A DNA stretch of 64,000 nt from an uncultured Gammaproteobacteria bacterium. Its GTDB lineage: Bacteria > Patescibacteriota > Patescibacteriia > UBA9570 > XYC2-FULL-38-9. This document shows, in pieces, positions 29,719 through 39,216 of the stretch (positions are counted from its first letter, which is position 1; every line of letters begins with the position of its first letter). A model generated the notes under the pieces. That model had not been told where the DNA came from. It did no database searches and saw only the letters and a list, made by a program, of their open reading frames with translations. The stretch is taken from positions 186,115-250,114 of the forward strand of contig CAYFNF010000001.1 in the NCBI GenBank assembly GCA_964344485.1. Reading direction: 5' to 3'. The position numbers and the translations under genes are program-made.

Positions 29719-30237
29719 ATGAAAGTTCGCGCAACAGCAAAATTTGTCAGAATATCTCCACGGAAAGCACGACTGGTGATTGACCAAGTGCGTGGTGTTT
29801 CTATTGCAGAAGCAGAGCGTACATTACAGTTCATGAACAAGAAAGCAGCAGAGCCAGTATTGAAGCTAATTAAATCTGCGGTTGCGAATGCTGAGCACAA
29901 TAATAAACAGAAGAAAGAACACCTCTATATTGCAGAGATTACAGCAAATGATGGATTTACTATGAAGCGATGGAGACCACGCGCGTTCGGGCGTGCAACC
30001 AAGATTCGAAAACGAACGACTCACCTGACAGTGGTGCTAGATGAGACTGAAGAGTATAAGCAGGAGGCAGCAGCAAAAGCAAAGAAGGCTAAGAAAACAG
30101 CAAAGGCAAAGAAAGAGAGTGCTACGAAGAAGCCAGAAGCAAAGAAAGAAGAGAAAAAGCCTACAGCAAAGAAGAAACAAGCAAGTCCAGCAGCAGATAG
30201 TAAGAAAGAGAAGAAAGAAACTACTAAAAAGAAATAA
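29719..30237 (+). CDS. rplV: 50S ribosomal protein L22 (C-terminal Lys-rich extension)
   Basis: L22 core MKVRATAKFVRISPRKARLV... Confidence 0.9.
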   Translation: MKVRATAKFVRISPRKARLVIDQVRGVSIAEAERTLQFMNKKAAEPVLKLIKSAVANAEHNNKQKKEHLYIAEITANDGFTMKRWRPRAFGRATKIRKRTTHLTVVLDETEEYKQEAAAKAKKAKKTAKAKKESATKKPEAKKEEKKPTAKKKQASPAADSKKEKKETTKKK

Positions 30238-30248
30238 TTCACTATATC

Positions 30249-31097
30249 ATGGGACAGAAAGTCAATCCACGATCATTCAGAACAACTACAACGTATCGTA
30301 TCCCGTCACGCTGGTTTGCGACACACCAAGATTACGCACGAAACCTTCAGATCGATACTGAGCTTCGACGCATCATCAAGAAGAAATTCAAGGATGGCGG
30401 TGTTGCACGTGTTGAGATTGAACGAGCAACTGGTGAGATTACGATTATTGTTTATACATCAAAACCAGGTGTAGTGATTGGACGTGGGGGGTCATTAATT
30501 GATGAGCTGAAAGCACAGATTAAAAAGCAGTTCTATGGAAGCGTCAAGATGAAGGTGAATGTCAATATTCAAGAAGTTGCAGATCCGGATTTAAATGCAG
30601 AGATTATCTACCAATCGATTCGTGATCAAATTGAGCAACGTGTTCCGTTCCGTCGCGCAATTAAGCGGTCTATGGAGCAAGTGATGCGTGCTGGGGCAAA
30701 AGGATGCAGAATTCAAGTTGCTGGACGATTGAACGGTGTCGAAATCGCGAGAACAGAGACTATTTCTGAAGGACGACTACCGTTACATACGCTGCGCGCT
30801 AATATTGATTACTCTCGTGGTGTTGCACATACGATTTACGGTGTCATCGGTATTAAAGTGTGGATCTATACCGGTGATGTATTTGGAGAGATGCCAGAGG
30901 CAGTAGAAAAGAAGAAGAAACAGAAGAAGAAACCGAAACGTCGACCACGAAAGAAGCGATTACAGACTGACGGCAAGAAGACCATTCTGCGAAAGAAGTC
31001 TGAGGTTGATAAAGAGAAGACCGCAGTAAGTGGAGAAGCGAAGAAACCTGCTGCGAAGAAAAAAGAAATAACAGCTAAGAAAAAGAGTGATAAGTAG
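30249..31097 (+). CDS. rpsC: 30S ribosomal protein S3 (C-terminal Lys-rich extension)
   Basis: MGQKVNPRSFR... with a KH domain. Confidence 0.9.
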   Translation: MGQKVNPRSFRTTTTYRIPSRWFATHQDYARNLQIDTELRRIIKKKFKDGGVARVEIERATGEITIIVYTSKPGVVIGRGGSLIDELKAQIKKQFYGSVKMKVNVNIQEVADPDLNAEIIYQSIRDQIEQRVPFRRAIKRSMEQVMRAGAKGCRIQVAGRLNGVEIARTETISEGRLPLHTLRANIDYSRGVAHTIYGVIGIKVWIYTGDVFGEMPEAVEKKKKQKKKPKRRPRKKRLQTDGKKTILRKKSEVDKEKTAVSGEAKKPAAKKKEITAKKKSDK

Positions 31098-31100
31098 TAT

Positions 31101-31517
31101 ATGTTAATTCCCAAGAAGGTAAAACATAGAAAGTGGCATAATAAGCCCTCCAGAGGAAAGAATGCAAAGGTGGCTACCCGCAAGACCCATATTGCGTTTG
31201 GGCAGTATGCGTTGAAGTCTCTTGAGGCGTCTTGGGTTACTGCACGACAGATTGAAGCAGCTCGACGAGCTATGACACGCTTTGTTCAGCGCGGTGGTAA
31301 AATTTGGATCCGCATCTTCCCGCAGCGTCCAGTAACGCTCAAAGGCGGAGAGATCCGTATGGGCGGAGGTAAGGGTGCAGTGGATCACTACGTTGCCCAG
31401 ATTAAACCCGGTGTGATCTTATTCGAAATTGATGGTGTGACAGAAGAGCAGGCTCGCGAGGCTATGCGATTGGCTGCACACAAGTTACCGGTAAAGACAA
31501 AGTTTGTATCTAAATAA
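31101..31517 (+). CDS. rplP: 50S ribosomal protein L16
   Basis: [13 protein letters not shown]... Confidence 0.9.
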   Translation: MLIPKKVKHRKWHNKPSRGKNAKVATRKTHIAFGQYALKSLEASWVTARQIEAARRAMTRFVQRGGKIWIRIFPQRPVTLKGGEIRMGGGKGAVDHYVAQIKPGVILFEIDGVTEEQAREAMRLAAHKLPVKTKFVSK

Positions 31518-31734
31518 ACATATGGAACTGCAAGAATTACGAAAAAAGAATGATCAAGAGTTGCGCACCATGCTTTCTGAGTCACAGGAGAAGTTGCGAC
31601 AGTTGCGATTTGAGGCTGCCAACCTCCAACTGAAGGATGTGCGCGCTATCCGACAGGCCCGCAAGCAGATCGCACGTATTCAGACTATTTTAAAAGAGCG
31701 CGAGCAGAAGCCAGTACCATCACCAAGTAATTAA
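31504..31734 (+). CDS. rpmC: 50S ribosomal protein L29
   Basis: [28 protein letters not shown]. Overlaps rplP by 14 nt. Confidence 0.85.
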   Translation: MYLNKHMELQELRKKNDQELRTMLSESQEKLRQLRFEAANLQLKDVRAIRQARKQIARIQTILKEREQKPVPSPSN

Positions 31735-31740
31735 TATATT

Positions 31741-32046
31741 ATGACAGATCAAGCACAGCCAAAAAAAGCACCAGTGGAGAACGAAGAGCAGTCAGTTGTA
31801 CGTCGCCGTCAGTTTAAAGGCATCGTGGTTTCTGATAAGAATGATAAGACCATTATTGTAGCTGTAGAGCGCAAGTTGCAGCACAAGTTATACGGAAAGC
31901 TGTTTAAACGAACAAGAAAGCACCAAGTACACGACCCAAAGAATCAGTATGCAGTTGGCGACGCAGTAGAGTTCATTGAATGTCGTCCTATCAGCAAGAA
32001 TAAACGATGGCGTGTGCTGTATACAAGTAACCAAGAAGAGAAATAG
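31741..32046 (+). CDS. rpsQ: 30S ribosomal protein S17
   Basis: FKGIVVSDKNDKTIIVAVERKLQHKLYGK. Confidence 0.9.
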   Translation: MTDQAQPKKAPVENEEQSVVRRRQFKGIVVSDKNDKTIIVAVERKLQHKLYGKLFKRTRKHQVHDPKNQYAVGDAVEFIECRPISKNKRWRVLYTSNQEEK

Positions 32047-32049
32047 TAT

Positions 32050-32421
32050 ATGATCCAAGCAGAGTCAAAAATGAAAGTCGCTGATAACTCGGGTGCACAG
32101 TTGGTCAAGGTTATTAAGGTTATCGGTGGGTACAAGCGACGATATGCTCGTCTTGGAGACGTAGTGGTTGTTTCAGTGAAGCAAGCACAGCCACATAGTT
32201 TAGTGAAAAAAGGAGAGATCCATCATGCAGTGATTGTCCGCCAGAGAAAAGAGAAGCGAAGAAAAGATGGAACCTATATTCGATTCAATGAGAATGCTTG
32301 TGTGTTAGTTGAGAAAGCAGGCGGCGAAGCAAAGGGGACACGTATTTTTGGCCCCATTGCACGCGAGGTCAAACAAGCAGGATATCATAAGATTGCATCA
32401 TTAGCACCAGAGGTATTATAA
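32050..32421 (+). CDS. rplN: 50S ribosomal protein L14
   Basis: [16 protein letters not shown]... Confidence 0.95.
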   Translation: MIQAESKMKVADNSGAQLVKVIKVIGGYKRRYARLGDVVVVSVKQAQPHSLVKKGEIHHAVIVRQRKEKRRKDGTYIRFNENACVLVEKAGGEAKGTRIFGPIAREVKQAGYHKIASLAPEVL

Positions 32422-32425
32422 ATAT

Positions 32426-32761
32426 ATGAAAAAGTCACGAATTAAAATTAAATCAGGAGATACAGTAAAGGTCATGAACGGTAAAGACGCTGGTAAGTCT
32501 GGGACTGTTTCACAGGTGCTTGCATCCATGGATAAAGTGGTAATTGATGGTGTAAATAAGATGGTGAAGCATTTGAAATCGCAGAGAAGAGATGAGAAAG
32601 GGCAGCGTATTGAGTTCTTTGGCCCAATTCACATATCAAATGTTGCATTAGTATGTCCAAAGTGTAATAAGACCACACGTATCGGATGTCATGAGTCTGT
32701 TGGAGAAGACGGGACTAAGCAGAAAAGTCGGCAGTGTAAAAAGTGTAAGGAAACATTTTAA
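32426..32761 (+). CDS. rplX: 50S ribosomal protein L24 with C-terminal CxxC...CxxC zinc-ribbon-like extension
   Basis: KOW motif GDTVKVMNGKDAGKSG. C-terminal CPKCNKTTRIGCH...CKKCKE. Confidence 0.85.
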   Translation: MKKSRIKIKSGDTVKVMNGKDAGKSGTVSQVLASMDKVVIDGVNKMVKHLKSQRRDEKGQRIEFFGPIHISNVALVCPKCNKTTRIGCHESVGEDGTKQKSRQCKKCKETF

Positions 32762-32763
32762 CT

Positions 32764-33315
32764 ATGAATAGACTAGAAGAAAAATATAGAAATGAAGTCG
32801 TTCCTGAGTTGCAGAAGCAGCAAGGGGTGAACAATCGGCTTGCAGTTCCACGGCTAGAGAAGATCGTGTTGAATGTTGGATTAGGAAAGTCTATTCAAGA
32901 TCCTAGCTATATTGATGCCGCTATCGAGACGCTTCGGCGCATTACCGGTTTGCAGCCAGTGAAAACACTCGCAAAGAAATCCATCTCAAACTTCAAGATT
33001 CGACAAGGTATGGTGGTTGGAGCAAAAGTGACACTTCGTGGAGAGCGGATGTATGCATTTCTTGATAAGTTGATGAATGCTGCACTACCGCGTGTTCGAG
33101 ATTTCCGCGGTCTTTCAAGAAAGTCATTTGATGGAAATGGTAACTACTCAATCGGATTTGATGAGCACATTGTCTTCCCGGAGATATCTTCAGATGAAGT
33201 AGAAAAGATTATCGGTTTGGAAGTTAATATCGTGACTAATGTAGACCAGGATGCAGATGGTATGAAGTTACTGGAGTTACTCGGATTCCCATTTGAAAAA
33301 ACTAAACAAGAATAA
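32764..33315 (+). CDS. rplE: 50S ribosomal protein L5
   Basis: Conserved L5 sequence. Confidence 0.95.
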   Translation: MNRLEEKYRNEVVPELQKQQGVNNRLAVPRLEKIVLNVGLGKSIQDPSYIDAAIETLRRITGLQPVKTLAKKSISNFKIRQGMVVGAKVTLRGERMYAFLDKLMNAALPRVRDFRGLSRKSFDGNGNYSIGFDEHIVFPEISSDEVEKIIGLEVNIVTNVDQDADGMKLLELLGFPFEKTKQE

Positions 33316-33320
33316 TATTT

Positions 33321-33515
33321 ATGGCTAAACGATCTCAAATTGTAAAATCGAAGCGATCCAGAACAAAAGCGAAGTTCTCTACTCGTATCATTCGCCGTTG
33401 CTGGAGATGTGGGAGACGAAAAGGATATATGCGAGATTTCGATTTATGCCGAATATGTTTTCGGGAATTAGCAAGTAAAGGTGATATTCCTGGAGTTAAG
33501 AAATCAAGCTGGTAA
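33321..33515 (+). CDS. rpsZ: 30S ribosomal protein S14 type Z (zinc-binding)
   Basis: 64 aa with [23 protein letters not shown]. Confidence 0.85.
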   Translation: MAKRSQIVKSKRSRTKAKFSTRIIRRCWRCGRRKGYMRDFDLCRICFRELASKGDIPGVKKSSW

Positions 33516-33527
33516 TTTGAATACACT

Positions 33528-33917
33528 ATGACAGATCCAATTGCAGACATGCTCACACGAATACGTAACGCGCAATCAGTAAAGAAAGCTGAAGTTGATT
33601 TGCCGTATTCAAAAATGAAAGAGCATATTGCGAACATTTTGGTCGCTGAGGGGTACTTGGCAGGAGCAGGGCTCGTGGAAGAGGGAAGTCGCAAGCAGCT
33701 ACGGTTGAACATCAAGTATGTGAACAAGCAGCCAGCTATTCGATCCCTGCGTCGCGTCAGTACACCTGGAAGACGAGTCTACGTCGGTTCCAAGAAGCTT
33801 CCGTATGTATTTGATGATTTAGGAATTGCGATTATCTCTACCTCGCAAGGGTTGATGACGAACAAGGACGCGCGAGCGCAGAAGATCGGTGGGGAAGTAA
33901 TTTGTGAAGTATTTTAA
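33528..33917 (+). CDS. rpsH: 30S ribosomal protein S8
   Basis: MTDPIADMLTRIRNA... Confidence 0.95.
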   Translation: MTDPIADMLTRIRNAQSVKKAEVDLPYSKMKEHIANILVAEGYLAGAGLVEEGSRKQLRLNIKYVNKQPAIRSLRRVSTPGRRVYVGSKKLPYVFDDLGIAIISTSQGLMTNKDARAQKIGGEVICEVF

Positions 33918-33919
33918 TT

Positions 33920-34477
33920 ATGTCGAGAATAGGAAAAAAACCAATTGAGATACCAGAAAAAGTCACCGTTGAGCTCAAGGATGGCGCAGTGGTTGTAAGA
34001 GGGCCAAAAGGTGAGATCTCTGAAACCGTACACACTGATGTGAACGTAGATATTCAAGAGAAAGAGATTGTGGTGTCGATAGGAAACGAAGCAAGCAAGC
34101 GCCAAAAAGCACTGTGGGGAACTTTTGCTTCATTAATACAGAATCTTATTATCGGTGTGACTGAAGGGTATGAAAAGAAGTTAGAGATTAACGGTGTTGG
34201 TTACGGGTGGAAGGTCTCTGGTAAGAAAGTTACAGTGAACGCAGGCTTCTCACATCCAGTGGATTTCGAACTGCCTGAAGGAATTGAAGCAAGCGTCGAA
34301 GAGAACGTATTAACTATTGCTGGCATCAATAAACAGCTCGTTGGAGAGGTTGCAGCGAATCTTCGAAAAATTCGTAAACCAGAGCCGTATAAAGGATCCG
34401 GCATTAAATATGTTGATGAGCAGATTCGAAGGAAGGCTGGTAAACAAGTAGTCGGCGCTGAAGGTGCAGGAGCATAA
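33920..34477 (+). CDS. rplF: 50S ribosomal protein L6
   Basis: MSRIGKKPIEIP... Confidence 0.95.
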   Translation: MSRIGKKPIEIPEKVTVELKDGAVVVRGPKGEISETVHTDVNVDIQEKEIVVSIGNEASKRQKALWGTFASLIQNLIIGVTEGYEKKLEINGVGYGWKVSGKKVTVNAGFSHPVDFELPEGIEASVEENVLTIAGINKQLVGEVAANLRKIRKPEPYKGSGIKYVDEQIRRKAGKQVVGAEGAGA

Positions 34478-34493
34478 GTGATATTGTAAACAT

Positions 34494-34841
34494 ATGAACG
34501 TACAGAAGAAAAAACAACAAATAAAGGACCGCAGATCATACCGAACACGATCACGTATTCGAGGTACCAAAGAACGACCGCGTTTATGTGTGCACCGTAC
34601 ATTGCAGCACATCTCAGTGCAGTTGATTGATGATGCTACTGGGCAGTCATTAGGGTATGCGGATGATAAAGATCTTTCCGGCAAGAAGTCTGAGAACGCA
34701 GCAGAAGTAGGCAAGCGCATTGCAGACGTTGCAAAAGAGAAAGGTATTACTACGGTGGTATTTGATCGCGGAGCATATAAGTATCACGGGCGAGTAAAGG
34801 CAGTTGCAGAAGGTGCTCGCGAAGCTGGATTACAAATATAA
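34494..34841 (+). CDS. rplR: 50S ribosomal protein L18
   Basis: Conserved L18 sequence. Confidence 0.9.
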   Translation: MNVQKKKQQIKDRRSYRTRSRIRGTKERPRLCVHRTLQHISVQLIDDATGQSLGYADDKDLSGKKSENAAEVGKRIADVAKEKGITTVVFDRGAYKYHGRVKAVAEGAREAGLQI

Positions 34842-34854
34842 CATTATTACTATT

Positions 34855-35538
34855 ATGACTGCACAGAAACAGGATACAACTGAAAAAAAACCTACAGCTG
34901 AGGCTGCTACAGAGAAAGCGCCTGCGGATGCAAAAGACGCTCCATCAGAGAAGAAGACTGGACCAGCTGATTCACGTCCAGCTCCAAGAGGGAGAGGAAA
35001 AGGAAAGAGATTTGGACACGGAAAAGGCGGGCCAAGGAAAGGAAAGAAAGGGTCACGTGACCGACGAGGAGACGATGATGAGTTTGAGTCCAAGATTGTT
35101 GATCTTGCCCGAGTCACTCGCGTGATGGCTGGTGGAAAACGTATGCGTTTTCGAGCTTGTGTAGTTATTGGAGACAAGAAAGGGAAAGTAGGATACGGTT
35201 TAAAGAAAGGAACTGATGTACAGTTGGCAGTGCAAAAAGCTACGGATCAGGCAAAGAAGAACATGATCAATTTAAAGCTAGTAGAAGGAACTATCCCACA
35301 CCGAGTAGAATGCAAGTTTAAAGGAGCAAAAGTACTATTGAAGCCAGCAAAGGCTGGTACTGGAGTAATTGCTGGTGGGCCGGTTCGAATGATTCTAGAA
35401 ATTGCAGGCATTAAGAATATCGTTGCTAAGATGCAGGGTTCTGCGAATAAAGTGAACAATGTAAAAGCAGTGATTGAAGCGCTACGAGAACTACAGACCA
35501 AGCAGGATATTCAAAAAATAACTTCAACTGAGGAATAA
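34855..35538 (+). CDS. rpsE: 30S ribosomal protein S5 with ~70-aa basic N-terminal extension
   Basis: S5 dsRBD RVTRVMAGGKRMRFRA. Start taken at ATG 34855, just after the rplR stop. Confidence 0.85.
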   Translation: MTAQKQDTTEKKPTAEAATEKAPADAKDAPSEKKTGPADSRPAPRGRGKGKRFGHGKGGPRKGKKGSRDRRGDDDEFESKIVDLARVTRVMAGGKRMRFRACVVIGDKKGKVGYGLKKGTDVQLAVQKATDQAKKNMINLKLVEGTIPHRVECKFKGAKVLLKPAKAGTGVIAGGPVRMILEIAGIKNIVAKMQGSANKVNNVKAVIEALRELQTKQDIQKITSTEE

Positions 35539-35540
35539 TT

Positions 35541-36095
35541 ATGTTGAATCTACACTCATTACCATCACAGAAAAATACAAAAAGGAAGCGAGTTGGCCGT
35601 GGGAATGCGTCTAAAGGGAATTACTCTGGTCGCGGCATGAAGGGTCAACGATCGCGTTCTGGTGGAAAAAGCGGATTGAAACTGCGTGGATTGAAGCAGA
35701 GCTTCTTAGCGATTCCGAAGTCACGAGGGTTTACTTCTGGACGACCAGCACCACAAGAAGTTCAAGTTTCTACATTAGAGCGAGCGTTTGAGTCAGGCAG
35801 CGAGGTGAGTGCAGCAGTACTCGCTGAAAAAGGACTGATCTCGGATTCATACGCAGCAGTAAAAGTTATTGGCAAAGATAAGTTAACAAAGAAGTTAACT
35901 GTACAGCTACAAGCAGCGTCAAAGAACGCGCAAGAAGCTATCACCGCAGCTGGTGGCACATTCGAACAAGTACCAGTAGCAAAACGACCAGCACCAGCGA
36001 AGAAAGAAGCTGCTACTGACAACACTGATGAGCAACAACAACCCGAGCAAACTGCGCCACAGACACCCAAGAAACCTGAAGAGCCTGCAAATTAA
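35541..36095 (+). CDS. rplO: 50S ribosomal protein L15 (C-terminal extension)
   Basis: KRVGRGNASKGNYSGRGMKGQ. It follows rpsE by only 2 nt, leaving no room for L30 (rpmD). Confidence 0.9.
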   Translation: MLNLHSLPSQKNTKRKRVGRGNASKGNYSGRGMKGQRSRSGGKSGLKLRGLKQSFLAIPKSRGFTSGRPAPQEVQVSTLERAFESGSEVSAAVLAEKGLISDSYAAVKVIGKDKLTKKLTVQLQAASKNAQEAITAAGGTFEQVPVAKRPAPAKKEAATDNTDEQQQPEQTAPQTPKKPEEPAN

Positions 36096-36118
36096 TATTT
36101 CACCATTGGAGGACTACT

Positions 36119-37393
36119 ATGCGTGATCATCTAAAAAAGATCTGGAAAGCAAAAGACTTACGAAGCAAGATTCTTTTTGTTGCAATTATGATGGTGCTGT
36201 TCCGATTTGCTGCGCATATCCCTATTCCAGGAGTGGATGCAGGAGCACTGGCACAGTTATTCCAAGGGAATCAGATGCTCGGCATGCTGAATATCTTTAC
36301 TGGTGGAGCGCTAGAGAACTTCTCTATTGTGATGCTTGGAGTCGGTCCGTACATTACCGCATCCATTATTTTCCAGCTGTTACAGATCATGATCCCAAAG
36401 ATTGAAGAACTCGCAAAAGAAGGCGCTTCCGGACAGCAAAAAATTAATACGTATACACGCTTACTCACTGTCCCACTCGCAGCGCTGCAGGGGTATGGAA
36501 CTATCCATCTGTTACAAGGCGCATCCGGACAGCAAATTCTTCCAGCTTCTATCGGCATATTTGATTGGGTTGTTATTATTACCACTGTTACTGCTGGCTC
36601 GGTGTTCCTGATGTGGATCGGTGAACTGATAACAGAGAAGAATATCGGAAACGGTGTATCATTGATTATTTTTGCTGGTATTATTGCCGGCCTCCCAAGT
36701 TCTATACAGCAGGTACTATTCAATTTTGATTCTTCACAGTTACCAATGGTACTTGGATTTGTCTTTATTGGATTTTTAACCATTGTTGGTGTGGTGTTTA
36801 TCACTGAAGGACAGCGCAATATTCCGATTTCACATGCGCGTCATCACTCGACGCAAGGCCAAAAGAGCCATCTTCCAATACGTGTGAACCAAGCAGGAGT
36901 GATCCCTATCATCTTCGCTATTTCGTTAGTATTAATGCCACCGTTAATCGCTCAGTATGCACTGCAGTTTAATATCGGTTGGTTGAATGCGATTTTAGAG
37001 GGCATAATATCTGCATTCAATAATCAACTGATCTACGGACTCATCTATTTCTTCTTAGTAGTAGTATTTACGTATTTCTACACTGCTGTGATATTCCATC
37101 CAGATCGTATTGCAGAGAACTTGCAACGCGGAGGGAGTTTTATCCCGGGCGTGCGCCCTGGAAACGCGACAGCAGACTACTTAAAGCAAGTATCCAACCG
37201 CATTCTGTTAACCGGGTCTCTGTTTCTAGGATTCATCGCTGTGTTGCCGCTCATTCTTCAAGGAGTCATCTCTGGCTCTCTCGGAAGTTTAGCAATAGGT
37301 GGAACGAGTTTATTGATTGTGGTATCAGTAGCTATTGAGACTGTCAAACAGATAGAAGCGCAACTACTATTGCGTGATTATGAACAACTATAA
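36119..37393 (+). CDS. secY: Preprotein translocase subunit SecY
   Basis: Ten-TM SecY signature sequence. Confidence 0.95.
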   Translation: MRDHLKKIWKAKDLRSKILFVAIMMVLFRFAAHIPIPGVDAGALAQLFQGNQMLGMLNIFTGGALENFSIVMLGVGPYITASIIFQLLQIMIPKIEELAKEGASGQQKINTYTRLLTVPLAALQGYGTIHLLQGASGQQILPASIGIFDWVVIITTVTAGSVFLMWIGELITEKNIGNGVSLIIFAGIIAGLPSSIQQVLFNFDSSQLPMVLGFVFIGFLTIVGVVFITEGQRNIPISHARHHSTQGQKSHLPIRVNQAGVIPIIFAISLVLMPPLIAQYALQFNIGWLNAILEGIISAFNNQLIYGLIYFFLVVVFTYFYTAVIFHPDRIAENLQRGGSFIPGVRPGNATADYLKQVSNRILLTGSLFLGFIAVLPLILQGVISGSLGSLAIGGTSLLIVVSVAIETVKQIEAQLLLRDYEQL

Positions 37394-37410
37394 TCATTCA
37401 CACAGGCTCT

Positions 37411-38058
37411 ATGATGAAAGAAAGTGATCCAAAAAATGTATGCCTGTTTGGACCGCAAGGTTCGGGAAAAGGAACGCAAGCTGAAAAGCTCTGTGATTTT
37501 TTAGGAGTTCCACAAATCGCACCAGGCAACATATTTCGACAAGCAGTTGCTGACGAAACTGAATTAGGGAAGAAGGTAGAAGAGATTATTAACGCAGGTC
37601 AGTTGGTGCCGAATGATATTACTAATGCGTTAATGAAAGAGCGTTTGCAGCAAGAGGATTGTTTAGAAGGTTTTATCCTTGACGGATATCCACGTAATCC
37701 GAATCAAGCAGATGCATTAGACTCTGTCTCATCTCTGAGCCACGTGATTGTCATTGATATTCCGGATAATGAGTCTATTCGTCGTATCTCCCAACGTCGT
37801 ACTTGCACCCCGTGCGGTATTACCTATCATTTAGAGTTCAAGAAACCAGTGGAAGAAGGGATTTGTGATTCGTGCGGCAAGGAGCTGACTCATCGAGATG
37901 ACGACCAACCAGAATCCATTAAAAAGCGACTCTCAATATATCATCAAGAGACCGAGCCGTTGTTTGAACGGTATAAGGAAAGAGGCATTCTCTGTCATGT
38001 TGATGGAGTTGGAACAATAGAAGAAGTCTGGGAACGAACACAGAATTGTTTCTTCTAG
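37411..38058 (+). CDS. adk: Adenylate kinase (zinc-lid type)
   Basis: P-loop GPQGSGKGTQA. Lid carries CTPCG...CDSCG. Confidence 0.9.
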   Translation: MMKESDPKNVCLFGPQGSGKGTQAEKLCDFLGVPQIAPGNIFRQAVADETELGKKVEEIINAGQLVPNDITNALMKERLQQEDCLEGFILDGYPRNPNQADALDSVSSLSHVIVIDIPDNESIRRISQRRTCTPCGITYHLEFKKPVEEGICDSCGKELTHRDDDQPESIKKRLSIYHQETEPLFERYKERGILCHVDGVGTIEEVWERTQNCFF

Positions 38059-38062
38059 CACT

Positions 38063-38812
38063 ATGGCGCTCACTAAAACCGCTGAAGAGATAGCGATTAT
38101 GCGTGAAGGTGGGCGTATTTTAGCTCATGCGCTTGAGCAAGTAATGAAAGCAGTAGCACCCGGCATTACAACGCTGGAGCTCGATCGTGTATTTGAAAAA
38201 GAGGTTCGGGCTGCTGGAGCTGTTCCATCGTTTTTAGGGTATCGCGGATATCCAAATGCGCTCTGCACCTCAGTGAATGATGAGGTGGTTCACGGTATTC
38301 CAGGGAATAGAACACTGAAAGAGGGAGATATTATCGGCGTGGATGGTGGGGTTCAATATAAAGAACTGTTTACTGATATGGCGCGTACTATTCCAGTTGG
38401 GGAGATCTCAGAGCAAGCGGCGCATTTAATCCAGATCACGAAAGAAGCGTTTGATGCAGCAGTGCAGGTCATGAAACCCGGTAATACTATAGGAGATATT
38501 GGCGCAACTATACAACAACACGCCGAGGACGCAGGGTATTCTGTTGTGCGTGAGCTCGTTGGGCATAACGTCGGACATGCAGTACATGAAGAGCCGTCAA
38601 TACCAAACTTCGGAACTACTGGTTCAGGGGTGGTGTTAGAGCAGGGAATGACACTCGCAATTGAACCCATGGTCAACATCGGTGATTCGAAAGTAACCTT
38701 TGATGAAGACGGGTGGACGGTTCGTGTTGCAGATGGTACACTATCTGCGCATTTTGAAGATACAATTGCAATTACAGAGACCGGAGCAGAGATAATAACT
38801 TCACTAAAATAA
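38063..38812 (+). CDS. map: Methionine aminopeptidase type I
   Basis: Metal ligands in the DGGVQY...HNVGH...E context. Confidence 0.9.
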   Translation: MALTKTAEEIAIMREGGRILAHALEQVMKAVAPGITTLELDRVFEKEVRAAGAVPSFLGYRGYPNALCTSVNDEVVHGIPGNRTLKEGDIIGVDGGVQYKELFTDMARTIPVGEISEQAAHLIQITKEAFDAAVQVMKPGNTIGDIGATIQQHAEDAGYSVVRELVGHNVGHAVHEEPSIPNFGTTGSGVVLEQGMTLAIEPMVNIGDSKVTFDEDGWTVRVADGTLSAHFEDTIAITETGAEIITSLK

Positions 38813-39210
38813 TGAAATATTTAGGAATTGACTACGGCACAAAACGCACTGGCGTCTCAGTGTCAGATGACGATGGACGTGTTGCAGTGGTGAAAGAAAC
38901 CATCGAAGCAGAAAGCCAAAAAGAAGTGATTCATCGCATCAAGGAGCTGGTTGATCAAGATAGCATCGAATGTGTGGTGGTTGGAGTACCGACAAACATG
39001 GACAACGAGTCTACGGAGATGACCGAGGAAGTTGAACGGTTTATTTCAAAGTTGAGAGACCATATCACCATTCCCGTACAGACTATCGATGAGCGGTTGA
39101 CCACCGAGATGGCAAAAAAATTATTACAAGGAGTAAAAAAGGAAGAGAGAGATCAAGTTGCAGCACAAATACTACTGCAGAATTTTCTTGATGATTTATC
39201 ATCTGAGTAA
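38812..39210 (+). CDS. ruvX: Putative pre-16S rRNA nuclease / Holliday junction resolvase-like YqgF
   Basis: MKYLGIDYGTKRTGVSVSD. The start overlaps the map stop (TAATG). Confidence 0.8.
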   Translation: MKYLGIDYGTKRTGVSVSDDDGRVAVVKETIEAESQKEVIHRIKELVDQDSIECVVVGVPTNMDNESTEMTEEVERFISKLRDHITIPVQTIDERLTTEMAKKLLQGVKKEERDQVAAQILLQNFLDDLSSE

Positions 39211-39216
39211 GAGCGT

